From positions 3,602-67,601 of the forward strand of contig CAYHUD010000002.1 of the NCBI GenBank assembly GCA_964360025.1: a stretch of 64,000 nucleotides of DNA, in the 5' to 3' direction. A program made the translations under genes and the position numbers. Source of the DNA: an uncultured Candidatus Saccharibacteria bacterium (lineage in GTDB: Bacteria > Patescibacteriota > Minisyncoccia > UBA6257 > JAUSGH01). The notes under the pieces are model-generated. The model searched no databases. It was given only the letters and a program-made list of their open reading frames with translations, and was not told the origin of the DNA. Each line of letters begins with the position of its first letter. The first letter of the stretch is position 1. Positions 57,336 through 64,000 of the stretch are shown piece after piece.

Positions 57336-58988
57336 ATGAAAAAACAGACCAAATACATTTTCGTTGTTGGCGGCGTGATGAGCGGAGTGGGGAAGGGCGT
57401 GGCAAGCTCGGCGATCGGCGCAATACTCCAGGCGCGGGGATTTGAAGTCACTTCGGTGAAAATTGATCCCTATGTAAATGTTGACGCGGGTACGATGAAC
57501 CCCACCGAACACGGCGAGGTTTTTGTTTTAAAAGACGGCATGGAGTGCGACCAGGATATGGGCAACTACGAGCGTTTTCTGGGACGCGAACTAGATAAGG
57601 GCAGTTATATGACAACAGGAAGTATTTATCAGTCGGTTATCTCCCGCGAAAGAAATCTTGAGTATGAGGGCCGGTGCGTGGAAGTGGTACCGCACATTCC
57701 TCTGGAGGTTATTAATAAAATTAAAAAAGCGGCAAAAAATCACAAAGCGGAAATCGTCATCACTGAAATCGGCGGCACGGTGGGGGAATATCAGAACATT
57801 TTATTTCTGGAGGCAATTAGAATGTTGCGGCAGATGCACCCCGAAAACGTTGCTCTGGTTTTAGTAAGCTACCTTCCGCTTTTGGGGCGCGATAATGAGC
57901 TTAAAACCAAGCCGACGCAATACGCCGTACGCACACTTCATTCCGCGGGACTCCAGCCGGATATCATCATCGCGCGCGCCCACGTGTCACTGGACGATAA
58001 ACGCAAAGCGAAAATCGCCTTTAATTGCAATATGCGGGACATTGACGTCATCTCCGCTCCGGATATTGAAAGTATTTATGAAATTCCTGTTAATTTTGAG
58101 AAAGATAATTTGAGCGAGATTTTGCTCAAAAAACTTTCTCTGAATTCTCGTCAGCATAACTTTTCGGTCTGGGAAAAACTGACGCGCCGCATTAAAACGG
58201 TTAATCAATCCTTAAAAATCGCGGTGGTTGGTAAATATTTCAAAACAGGAAGTTTTGTTCTGGCAGATTCCTATCTTTCGGTGATTGAAGCCCTAAAACA
58301 CGCCGCCTATGCCGCTGAAATAAAACCGGTTTTAGAGTGGATAGACGCCGAGATGTTTGATCCCGATATTGATAAAAATTGGAAAAAGAATTTAAAAATA
58401 TTAAATCAAGCGGCGGGAGTGCTTGTTCCCGGGGGGTTCGGCTCGCGCGGCGTAGAGGGGAAAATACGGGCAATACGTTACGCTCGCGAAAATAAAATAC
58501 CTTATTTCGGCCTTTGTTACGGCATGCAACTTATGACGATAGAGTTCGCGCGCTATGTCGCGGGGTTTAAAGACGCGAATACCACAGAAGTTAATCCGGA
58601 AACTCCCCATCCCGTAATAGATATCTTACCGGAGCAGAAAATTAATTTAGCTGCCAAAAATTATGGCGCCACGATGCGCCTCGGAGCGTATCCGGCTTTT
58701 TTAAAAAAGGGGACTGCGGCATACGCCGCGTATAAAAAAGACGCGGTTTCCGAACGCCACAGGCACCGCTACGAAGTCAATCCTGAATACATAGAACGGC
58801 TGGAAAAAAGCGGACTTGTATTTTCCGGATCATCTCCTGATAAAAAACTGATGGAAATCGCGGAGCTTCCCAAAACCAAACACCCTTTCTTTTTAGGCAC
58901 CCAGTTTCATCCCGAGTTCCAATCCAGTCCCTTAAAACCGCACCCACTTTTTGCGGCATTCATTAAAGCCGCTAAAAATAAAAAGTAA
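57336..58988 (+). CDS. pyrG: CTP synthase
   Basis: KYIFVVGGVMSGVGKG synthase domain and GLCYGMQL glutaminase catalytic Cys. The start is at MKKQTK inside the tracked ORF 57300.. Confidence 0.95.
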   Translation: MKKQTKYIFVVGGVMSGVGKGVASSAIGAILQARGFEVTSVKIDPYVNVDAGTMNPTEHGEVFVLKDGMECDQDMGNYERFLGRELDKGSYMTTGSIYQSVISRERNLEYEGRCVEVVPHIPLEVINKIKKAAKNHKAEIVITEIGGTVGEYQNILFLEAIRMLRQMHPENVALVLVSYLPLLGRDNELKTKPTQYAVRTLHSAGLQPDIIIARAHVSLDDKRKAKIAFNCNMRDIDVISAPDIESIYEIPVNFEKDNLSEILLKKLSLNSRQHNFSVWEKLTRRIKTVNQSLKIAVVGKYFKTGSFVLADSYLSVIEALKHAAYAAEIKPVLEWIDAEMFDPDIDKNWKKNLKILNQAAGVLVPGGFGSRGVEGKIRAIRYARENKIPYFGLCYGMQLMTIEFARYVAGFKDANTTEVNPETPHPVIDILPEQKINLAAKNYGATMRLGAYPAFLKKGTAAYAAYKKDAVSERHRHRYEVNPEYIERLEKSGLVFSGSSPDKKLMEIAELPKTKHPFFLGTQFHPEFQSSPLKPHPLFAAFIKAAKNKK

Positions 58989-59075
58989 AACGATGTTTTC
59001 CGAGCTTTGACAGCCCGGTTGATATGCGCCCAAGCTTTTATTAAAGGAACGTTGATAAAATAAGGAGGTATCGCC

Positions 59076-59573
59076 ATGCCCCAGGAGCTGACTTTATTTT
59101 TTGTCTGTCGCGGATGTTCCAATGACAGCCTACCCTCCGCTCTTACGGTGCGCGGTGAAGCCGAAATGGAAAATGTGGCGTACATTTTGAAGGGACTATG
59201 CGTCATTTCTGAAAACAAAGCTCGTCCGAAACTCACAAAGGAAAACACCTTGCTTTTTACCTCGCCGACCAAGCAAGAAATCCGCTCCGCCGAAATCATA
59301 GCCGCAAAACTCGGATTGGAAAAAGAACAAGTCATTGATTGGTTGCGCGAAGAGAATATTTTCCCCCAGCTTTGCTTCCACGGTCTTTGCGATAAAAATT
59401 GTCTTCCGCTTGATCCCCGGATAGTGAATATCATTGTCGTTACCGAGAAAAACACTCTTCAGAAAATCTTGCAGATTTTCAACGCGCCGCCCCTGCACGT
59501 GGAAAGCGGCTCGCTCTGGAAGATTAATTTGCCTGTGGGCAATATCGTGCGCCTTGATAACCCCCCGCCTTAA
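59076..59573 (+). CDS. Hypothetical protein (possible histidine-phosphatase-like fold)
   Basis: 165-aa ORF with only a weak resemblance to SixA/PGM-type phosphatases. Confidence 0.45.
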   Translation: MPQELTLFFVCRGCSNDSLPSALTVRGEAEMENVAYILKGLCVISENKARPKLTKENTLLFTSPTKQEIRSAEIIAAKLGLEKEQVIDWLREENIFPQLCFHGLCDKNCLPLDPRIVNIIVVTEKNTLQKILQIFNAPPLHVESGSLWKINLPVGNIVRLDNPPP

Positions 59574-59608
59574 ACGGGGCTATTTTTTTAACTGTTATTA
59601 AATGTAAT

Positions 59609-59638
59609 TTGCGCGCCGCGACCTTTTTATGTTATAAT
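59609..59638 (+). promoter_or_regulatory. Sigma70-type promoter (TTGCGC, 18 nt, TATAAT) upstream of the 59680 gene
   Basis: The hexamers are well spaced, and AGGAGG sits 6 nt upstream of the ATG. Confidence 0.6.
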
Positions 59639-59679
59639 AATTTTGCCCAATAACGGGCTAAGTCAGGAGGGGAACGCTT

Positions 59680-60174
59680 ATGAAGCTGAGGTTCCTCGTA
59701 GCAGCTCTTTGTGGAATGTTTTTGATTTCCGGCATTTGCTTCGGTGAAGATCCTGCCGACAAGGAAAATCCGGGAGCGGTAGAGAAGTCAGTCTCCCCGC
59801 CAAGCCCCGAGGATGTCTATGCGGGGGAACTTCGTAAGCTCTGTGAAGAGTATCGCGCGGAAGTTCACTCCGCCTGGGAAAACTGGCTCACAAGCCATCG
59901 CGCCGCCCGCGAAAAGCATTGGGCACTAGCCGCGCTGGTTTTGAAAAACGCCAGCGAGAAACTCCTGGAAACGAAGCTTCGGGACGCCCCGCAAAAGGCG
60001 CGGGAAGTCGCAGACGACGTCGCCGTCAAGATGCGCGAAGAACACGAGTTTTGTGCCGAAAGTCGCGCGGCGGCCAATCGCGAGCTGAAGTCAGCTCTCC
60101 GTGCGGCCAAAAACAAATTTCGCGCCATGAAGCGCGCCGCAGAAGCCGCCTACCGGGCTTCCCGCGGAAAGTAA
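59680..60174 (+). CDS. Secreted alpha-helical protein encoded in a GC-rich island
   Basis: Signal peptide MKLRFLVAALCGMFLISGICFG followed by a charged helical 140 aa. GC is about 60% against roughly 40-45% in the flanks. Confidence 0.65.
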   Translation: MKLRFLVAALCGMFLISGICFGEDPADKENPGAVEKSVSPPSPEDVYAGELRKLCEEYRAEVHSAWENWLTSHRAAREKHWALAALVLKNASEKLLETKLRDAPQKAREVADDVAVKMREEHEFCAESRAAANRELKSALRAAKNKFRAMKRAAEAAYRASRGK

Positions 60175-60195
60175 AATAGTTAGCCCGATACATAA

Positions 60196-60230
60196 CCCGC
60201 CGGCTCCAAAAGCCAGAGCGGGATTTTTTT
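60196..60230 (+). terminator. Rho-independent terminator
   Basis: Stem CCCGC...GCGGG enclosing GGCT/AGCC, followed by ATTTTTTT. Confidence 0.7.
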
Positions 60231-60268
60231 ATAAAAAAGAGTCCGCTCCCGCGAACTCTGAAAACTCT

Positions 60269-61030
60269 TTAGGCTTCTTTTGTCTCTTCTCTTTGCTTGA
60301 GGAGCGTACCAACCAAGAAATCGCCTACCGCCCTCGCCGCATCCATGGGATTTTGCAGATCGTTATTGAATTTGAAAAACGCCCGGAATCTATTTTGAAA
60401 ATTCTCAGCTGTTCTTTCAAAAGCGTCGGTGATAATACCGTGCGTTTTCGGATTCATTCTTCTTCCGGGAGCCGAAACGATGGAGGGTTCTCTTGTCAGA
60501 GCCATTTCCGGGGGACAAGTAAGATAAACCACGGCATCCAGAAGATTGGTAATTCTGGATTGGGAGAAAAAGCCCTGCATAACCTGAAGCTCTTCCTCGC
60601 TGATCAATCTCTCCCTAGAAATCACGTCCCACCAGCAAAGATTGTCAAAAACCGATCTCTCAAAAAGCACGATATGATACCGGGGGTCGTGCAGGCGATC
60701 CAAAAGATTCGTCAGATTATAAACTCCGGCGCGCAGAGTATAGAGAAATTGATCGGCTCTCGTCACTTCTATCGTTCCTGCAGCCTCGGGAAGCGCGTGA
60801 ACCTGAAATTTCGCCCGGCGGAAAAAAGTATAAAGGGCTTCCCTGATTGTTGTTTTTCCCGATTTACTGGTTCCGGCTATTTCCACAAGCAACGGTCCGC
60901 TCCGTTTCTCCGACTTGATACGCCCCGGATCTATCAAACTCAAGAGCTTCAGAGCTCCGGACATCAAGTCGTCTTTAGAAACCCCTGAAAGATTTGAGGA
61001 ATTGGGACTATGGCCCGCTTGGTCTACCAT
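60269..61030 (-). CDS. Deoxynucleoside kinase-family P-loop kinase
   Basis: P-loop EIAGTSKSGKTT, an ERS motif (LFERSVFDN) and a lid region rich in Arg. Confidence 0.65.
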   Translation of the reverse strand: MVDQAGHSPNSSNLSGVSKDDLMSGALKLLSLIDPGRIKSEKRSGPLLVEIAGTSKSGKTTIREALYTFFRRAKFQVHALPEAAGTIEVTRADQFLYTLRAGVYNLTNLLDRLHDPRYHIVLFERSVFDNLCWWDVISRERLISEEELQVMQGFFSQSRITNLLDAVVYLTCPPEMALTREPSIVSAPGRRMNPKTHGIITDAFERTAENFQNRFRAFFKFNNDLQNPMDAARAVGDFLVGTLLKQREETKEA

Positions 61031-61086
61031 TAGGGTTCACCTCCACGGTAAAAATAAGAACTATACTAAAACTAAGCAAAACAATT

Positions 61087-61626
61087 TTAAAAAGCAAGGT
61101 GTTTTTTAAGCTCTTCAAAGGCTTTTCTGCGCATACTCAAGGAATTTTTCAGTTCCGGCGCCATTTCCGCAAAAGTTTTCTCATGGCCTGCGGGTTGAAA
61201 TATCGGATCCCAGCCGAAATTAGTGTCTCCCCGGGGGAAAACTATTTCCCCGCGCAATGTTCCCTCAAAATAGCGTATCTCTTTTTCATTTTCGGCATAT
61301 CCGATCATTGTTTTCGCCTCGGCTCCGACATTCCCCATTTTATAAGCAAGATTGAATATTCCCTCATTGCCGATGGTTTTTCTCAGCCACTTGATCAGCG
61401 GTCCGGGAAAACCGTTTAAGCAGTCCAGATACAACGCCGTGTCTTCCACGATCAAACCAGATTTTTTATGGCCCAAAGCCTCCTGAAGTTTAGAGCTGAT
61501 AACCAGCTTAGGATCAATCTCCTGGATTTCGGGCAGATCAATATCCAGCTGGCACAAAGACGGGATAACGGCGAGCGCCTCCGCAAATTTATTTTTATTT
61601 CCCGTGACAAAATATATTTCTCTCAT
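61087..61626 (-). CDS. rdgB: Non-canonical purine NTP pyrophosphatase (RdgB/HAM1 family)
   Basis: TGNKNKFAE and FGWDPIF motifs. The start is at MREIYF, with an ATGA overlap with the upstream sugar-transferase stop. Confidence 0.85.
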   Translation of the reverse strand: MREIYFVTGNKNKFAEALAVIPSLCQLDIDLPEIQEIDPKLVISSKLQEALGHKKSGLIVEDTALYLDCLNGFPGPLIKWLRKTIGNEGIFNLAYKMGNVGAEAKTMIGYAENEKEIRYFEGTLRGEIVFPRGDTNFGWDPIFQPAGHEKTFAEMAPELKNSLSMRRKAFEELKKHLAF

Positions 61627-62258
61627 ATGCCTTCCGCGCGCAAAACAGTAATAACGGTTAAAAGTAAAATTTTGATGTCGTATAAAACTACGAGCCATCC
61701 CGGATTTTCGCGGCAAAACTTTATATAATATGCATCCGCCTCGCGCTGACTTAGTCCTCGCTTTTCTCCTTTATATATCTGAAATTTTCCGGTGATACCC
61801 GCCCTGATCACCATTCTATTATAATCGCCGTTTTTAACCAACGCTTCGTAATCCACGGCATTTACGGGACGCGGCCCCACAAGGCTCATTTCGCCCCTCA
61901 AAACATTGATCAGCTGGGGAAATTCGTCCATATATATCTGTTTTAAAAATCTTCCGGTATAAGTCAGGTTATTTTTATCTTTTTCCAGATTTTTCGTATG
62001 CACAAACTGTCCGGTCTCCATTTTTTCCCGCAAAACCGCGTTCTTAAAAATTCTGAATTTATATATTTTAAACGGCTTACCCTCTGAAATCCGCGTCTCC
62101 GTATAAAAAATACCGCCGCGGGACGCGGCAATAAAGATATTTTCCACTAGCATCGCGAAAAGTATCAGCAGTATAAGAGGGGAGAGGATGAGGGCAAGCG
62201 CCAAACTGAATAAAACATCAAAACCCCTTTTTTCCGCAGAGATATTTACTTTCTCCAT
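61623..62258 (-). CDS. Small phosphoglycosyl (sugar) transferase, PglC/WbaP C-terminal-domain family
   Basis: KRGFDVLFSLALALIL re-entrant helix, and DEFPQLINVLRGEMSLVGPRP. Confidence 0.8.
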   Translation of the reverse strand: MEKVNISAEKRGFDVLFSLALALILSPLILLILFAMLVENIFIAASRGGIFYTETRISEGKPFKIYKFRIFKNAVLREKMETGQFVHTKNLEKDKNNLTYTGRFLKQIYMDEFPQLINVLRGEMSLVGPRPVNAVDYEALVKNGDYNRMVIRAGITGKFQIYKGEKRGLSQREADAYYIKFCRENPGWLVVLYDIKILLLTVITVLRAEGI

Positions 62259-62347
62259 AACTTATATATTCTATACCATTTTCCAAAAACTGCAAACTTC
62301 TAATTGATTTTGCGCGATAAACGGGCTATTTTTATGTAAGTAGTTCT

Positions 62348-62797
62348 TTGAGTGGAGGAGCGATAATGCCTAAACATAGCAGTCAGAAATACTGCGGATG
62401 TGGTGAGCTTGCCCACGAGGTCTGTCACACAAATTTCAGTGGCGACCATTACTATTGCAAACAACATGCTCAACAAAGACGAGAAGAAGCTATCGGCGAG
62501 ATGTCGCTAGGAGTTACTTGGGAGTATTTGCCTATTCCAAGACATCCTACAACTATTGAGCACTGGGGGGAGTCTATTCAAACATTGGCGGAACATCTTC
62601 ATCGCCTACGTTATGATGTAGTAGAGGAATTTTACCGACACAGCATTGTTGAACTCCAAAGACAGGAGAAAAAAGATTGGGCGAAGGGTCGTAACCGCCT
62701 CGCCTCTTTATTGAGGAACGCCGCAAGAACAGCGCAAAAACAACGAGGGCAATTCGCCCGCATTTGGAAGCTGTGCCAACCATATATGCAGAAATAA
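62348..62797 (+). CDS. Hypothetical protein with an N-terminal Cys/His cluster (zinc-binding candidate)
   Basis: CGCGELAHEVCH...HYYCKQH. The gene is followed by an intrinsic terminator. Confidence 0.55.
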   Translation: MSGGAIMPKHSSQKYCGCGELAHEVCHTNFSGDHYYCKQHAQQRREEAIGEMSLGVTWEYLPIPRHPTTIEHWGESIQTLAEHLHRLRYDVVEEFYRHSIVELQRQEKKDWAKGRNRLASLLRNAARTAQKQRGQFARIWKLCQPYMQK

Positions 62798-62808
62798 AAA
62801 CACAAACG

Positions 62809-62834
62809 CCCCAAACTATTGGGGTTTATTTTTT
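62809..62834 (+). terminator. Rho-independent terminator
   Basis: Stem CCCCAA/TTGGGG with loop ACTA, followed by TTTATTTTTT. Confidence 0.8.
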
Positions 62835-63098
62835 ATAAAAATAATCTATTTGACTATTTTTGATTCGCACAATTCTAATTTCAATTCATCCAAAAAAAAT
62901 TTTAAAAACTCCGTGCGTCTTTTTGCTGCTTGTTTCGCCCAGTTAATATGCATCCCTTTTTCCACTACCGAACCCCCGCCTCGCGTCCCGTCCGCTTTTT
63001 TGGATTTCCAAAACCCTTGGCGAATTCTAACGGAAACCCCAGTCGCGTCGCTTCGTGACGCTCCGAATTTTGGCGAAAATGCGAATTCTGTTTTTTTG

Positions 63099-63169
63099 CT
63101 GCCGGGCTTGGAATCGGACCAAGATAAACGCCTTCAAAGGGCGCTGTCCTACCGTTAGACGACCCGGCA
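63099..63169 (-). tRNA. tRNA-Gln (anticodon UUG) with an atypical T-loop (UCCGAUU)
   Basis: Minus-strand cloverleaf: acceptor TGCCGGG/CCCGGCA, D-arm GTCT AACGGTA GGAC, anticodon stem GCGCC/GGCGT with loop CTTTGAA, T-arm CTTGG TCCGATT CCAAG. It is a paralogue of the tRNA-Gln(CUG) at 35462. Confidence 0.7.
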
Positions 63170-63256
63170 AAATACTAACCTCCATATTATACATCGTATT
63201 GCTAAATAAATCCAACCTTGCTAGCTTAAAGCAAACGCTAGGAAAGGAGAGTGTCT

Positions 63257-63610
63257 ATGCGTTCCGCGCTCGTTATCAGCGAGAATACGCCCGAAACTCC
63301 GGAATTGGCTTCCATGCTGGAGTTTGCGCGTGCCAATAACTGGTCTATCGTTTCTCTCTGCACTGTATTCAACGCAGAACTAGTCCAGGTTTTGATGGAC
63401 CGACGAGTACAGAACATTTATTTCGCGGGTAATGAAGCGCAAGCTTTCGCTACCGTATCCGCCGGATATTCTTTCCGAACGTATTTTCTACTGGATCTTT
63501 GGAAAACCAAGGGTTCACGGGACGACCGCCGTGATATCCTGAAATTTCTCCGCGAAAACCTTGTCATTACGACGACAACAAGAGAAGTCCAAAGATTTCG
63601 TCTCATCTGA
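63257..63610 (+). CDS. Hypothetical protein
   Basis: AGGAGA Shine-Dalgarno 8 nt upstream of the ATG. The tracked ORF starts at GTG 63251. It is followed by an intrinsic terminator. Confidence 0.6.
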   Translation: MRSALVISENTPETPELASMLEFARANNWSIVSLCTVFNAELVQVLMDRRVQNIYFAGNEAQAFATVSAGYSFRTYFLLDLWKTKGSRDDRRDILKFLRENLVITTTTREVQRFRLI

Positions 63611-63628
63611 CGATCCAAAACGGATCTA

Positions 63629-63654
63629 GACCCCAAACACGGGGTCCTTTTTTT
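63629..63654 (+). terminator. Rho-independent terminator
   Basis: Stem GACCCC/GGGGTC with loop AAACAC, followed by CTTTTTTT. Confidence 0.8.
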
Positions 63655-63704
63655 ACTTGCGTTATTTTACCTAATTCTTTCTTCTTTATTCGCTTTGCTC
63701 GCGA

Positions 63705-63953
63705 TTATTTCAAATTCTCAACTATCGCTACTTCCAAGGGCGCAATCGCGAGGGGGCTATAGCGCGCCTCGCCCCAAGCGCGGATGAGAGATCGCATCAG
63801 TCCGGTCAAAAATTTGGGATCGGCCATAACGCTTGCCGCCTTAATTCTTTTTAATTCATCTCCCGTCACTTCACGAGCAAACAGCTCCTCTAGGCGCGCG
63901 CCGCACTTTAAAGCCAGAACCCGCCGCAAATAAATAATCAGTTCTTTATTCAA
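63705..63953 (-). CDS. Hypothetical protein (may extend beyond the window edge)
   Basis: 82-aa ORF near the window end. No family recognised. Confidence 0.4.
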   Translation of the reverse strand: MNKELIIYLRRVLALKCGARLEELFAREVTGDELKRIKAASVMADPKFLTGLMRSLIRAWGEARYSPLAIAPLEVAIVENLK

Positions 63954-64000
63954 ATCAATAATATTATGCCCCTCATTATATAAGCCCGCGCTAAAACTCA

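Noticed and set aside
59865-60179. Overlapping ORFs (59865..60128 minus, 59919..60179 plus) inside the GC-rich secreted-protein gene
   Set aside because: The primary frame 59680..60174 has a signal peptide, a promoter and an AGGAGG ribosome-binding site. The others are GC-driven artefacts.
62850-63158. 102-aa plus-strand ORF
   Set aside because: Its 3' end overlaps tRNA-Gln(UUG) on the opposite strand. The sequence is low-complexity and shows no ribosome-binding site or family signal.
1-64000. CRISPR arrays, IS elements or prophage genes
   Set aside because: No regularly spaced direct repeats are present. No transposase or integrase-like ORFs were seen. The only repeats are the two palindromes near 42.6 and 44.4 kb.

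Overview
This 64-kb window is a gene-dense, low-GC bacterial chromosomal segment with the hallmarks of an ultra-small Candidate Phyla Radiation (Patescibacteria) genome. Nearly every gene is packed tightly, many conserved proteins are shortened, and a cohesin-like surface protein, competence and type IV pilus machinery and nucleotide-salvage enzymes are present, while biosynthesis genes are almost absent. The genetic code is standard: TGA ends ctp inside an ATGA overlap with rplI, TAG ends lepA and ftsX, and an RF2-like factor with the SPF motif is present.

From start to end the window contains:
- A three-gene membrane plus TraG/VirD4-like (T4CP-like) P-loop ATPase module, then efp.
- A Cache-PAS sensor histidine kinase interrupted by a single in-frame TAG, followed by REC / cohesin-like surface protein / REC.
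- mnmA, a CoaB-like protein, and ComEC split from its MBL domain by an in-frame TAA.
- A PAP2 phosphatase, a formyltransferase, aspS, ndk, a DUF218 protein, an RluA-family pseudouridine synthase, an APC permease fused to USP domains, lepA, ftsB, tRNA-Gly(CCC), an EamA transporter, a VIT1 transporter, and tRNA-Thr(CGU).
- An RF2-like release factor lacking domain 1, ftsEX, and a C45 Ntn-hydrolase.
- A roughly 330-nt GC-rich RNA of unknown family bounded by a promoter and a terminator.
- A GNAT protein, a FAD oxidoreductase, DoxX, xth, a DEAD-box helicase, tRNA-Gln(CUG), and a Fe/Mn-type SOD.
- A type IV pilus block: pilB, pilC, five prepilin-like genes and a REC protein.
- fmt, def, thpR, ctp, rplI, rpmA, NDH-2, pgk, a DHH phosphoesterase, RNase HI and a PRTase.
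- RNase P RNA on the minus strand, sharing a divergent promoter with a second GC-rich island of unclear coding status.
- Secreted coiled-coil proteins, a FAD-linked oxidase, pyrG, a dNK-like kinase, rdgB, a PglC-like sugar transferase, and a second tRNA-Gln(UUG).

No rRNA, CRISPR array, transposase or integrase was seen.

Coordinates computed by hand from the sequence lines, mainly RNA genes and regulatory elements, may be off by 1-2 nt.
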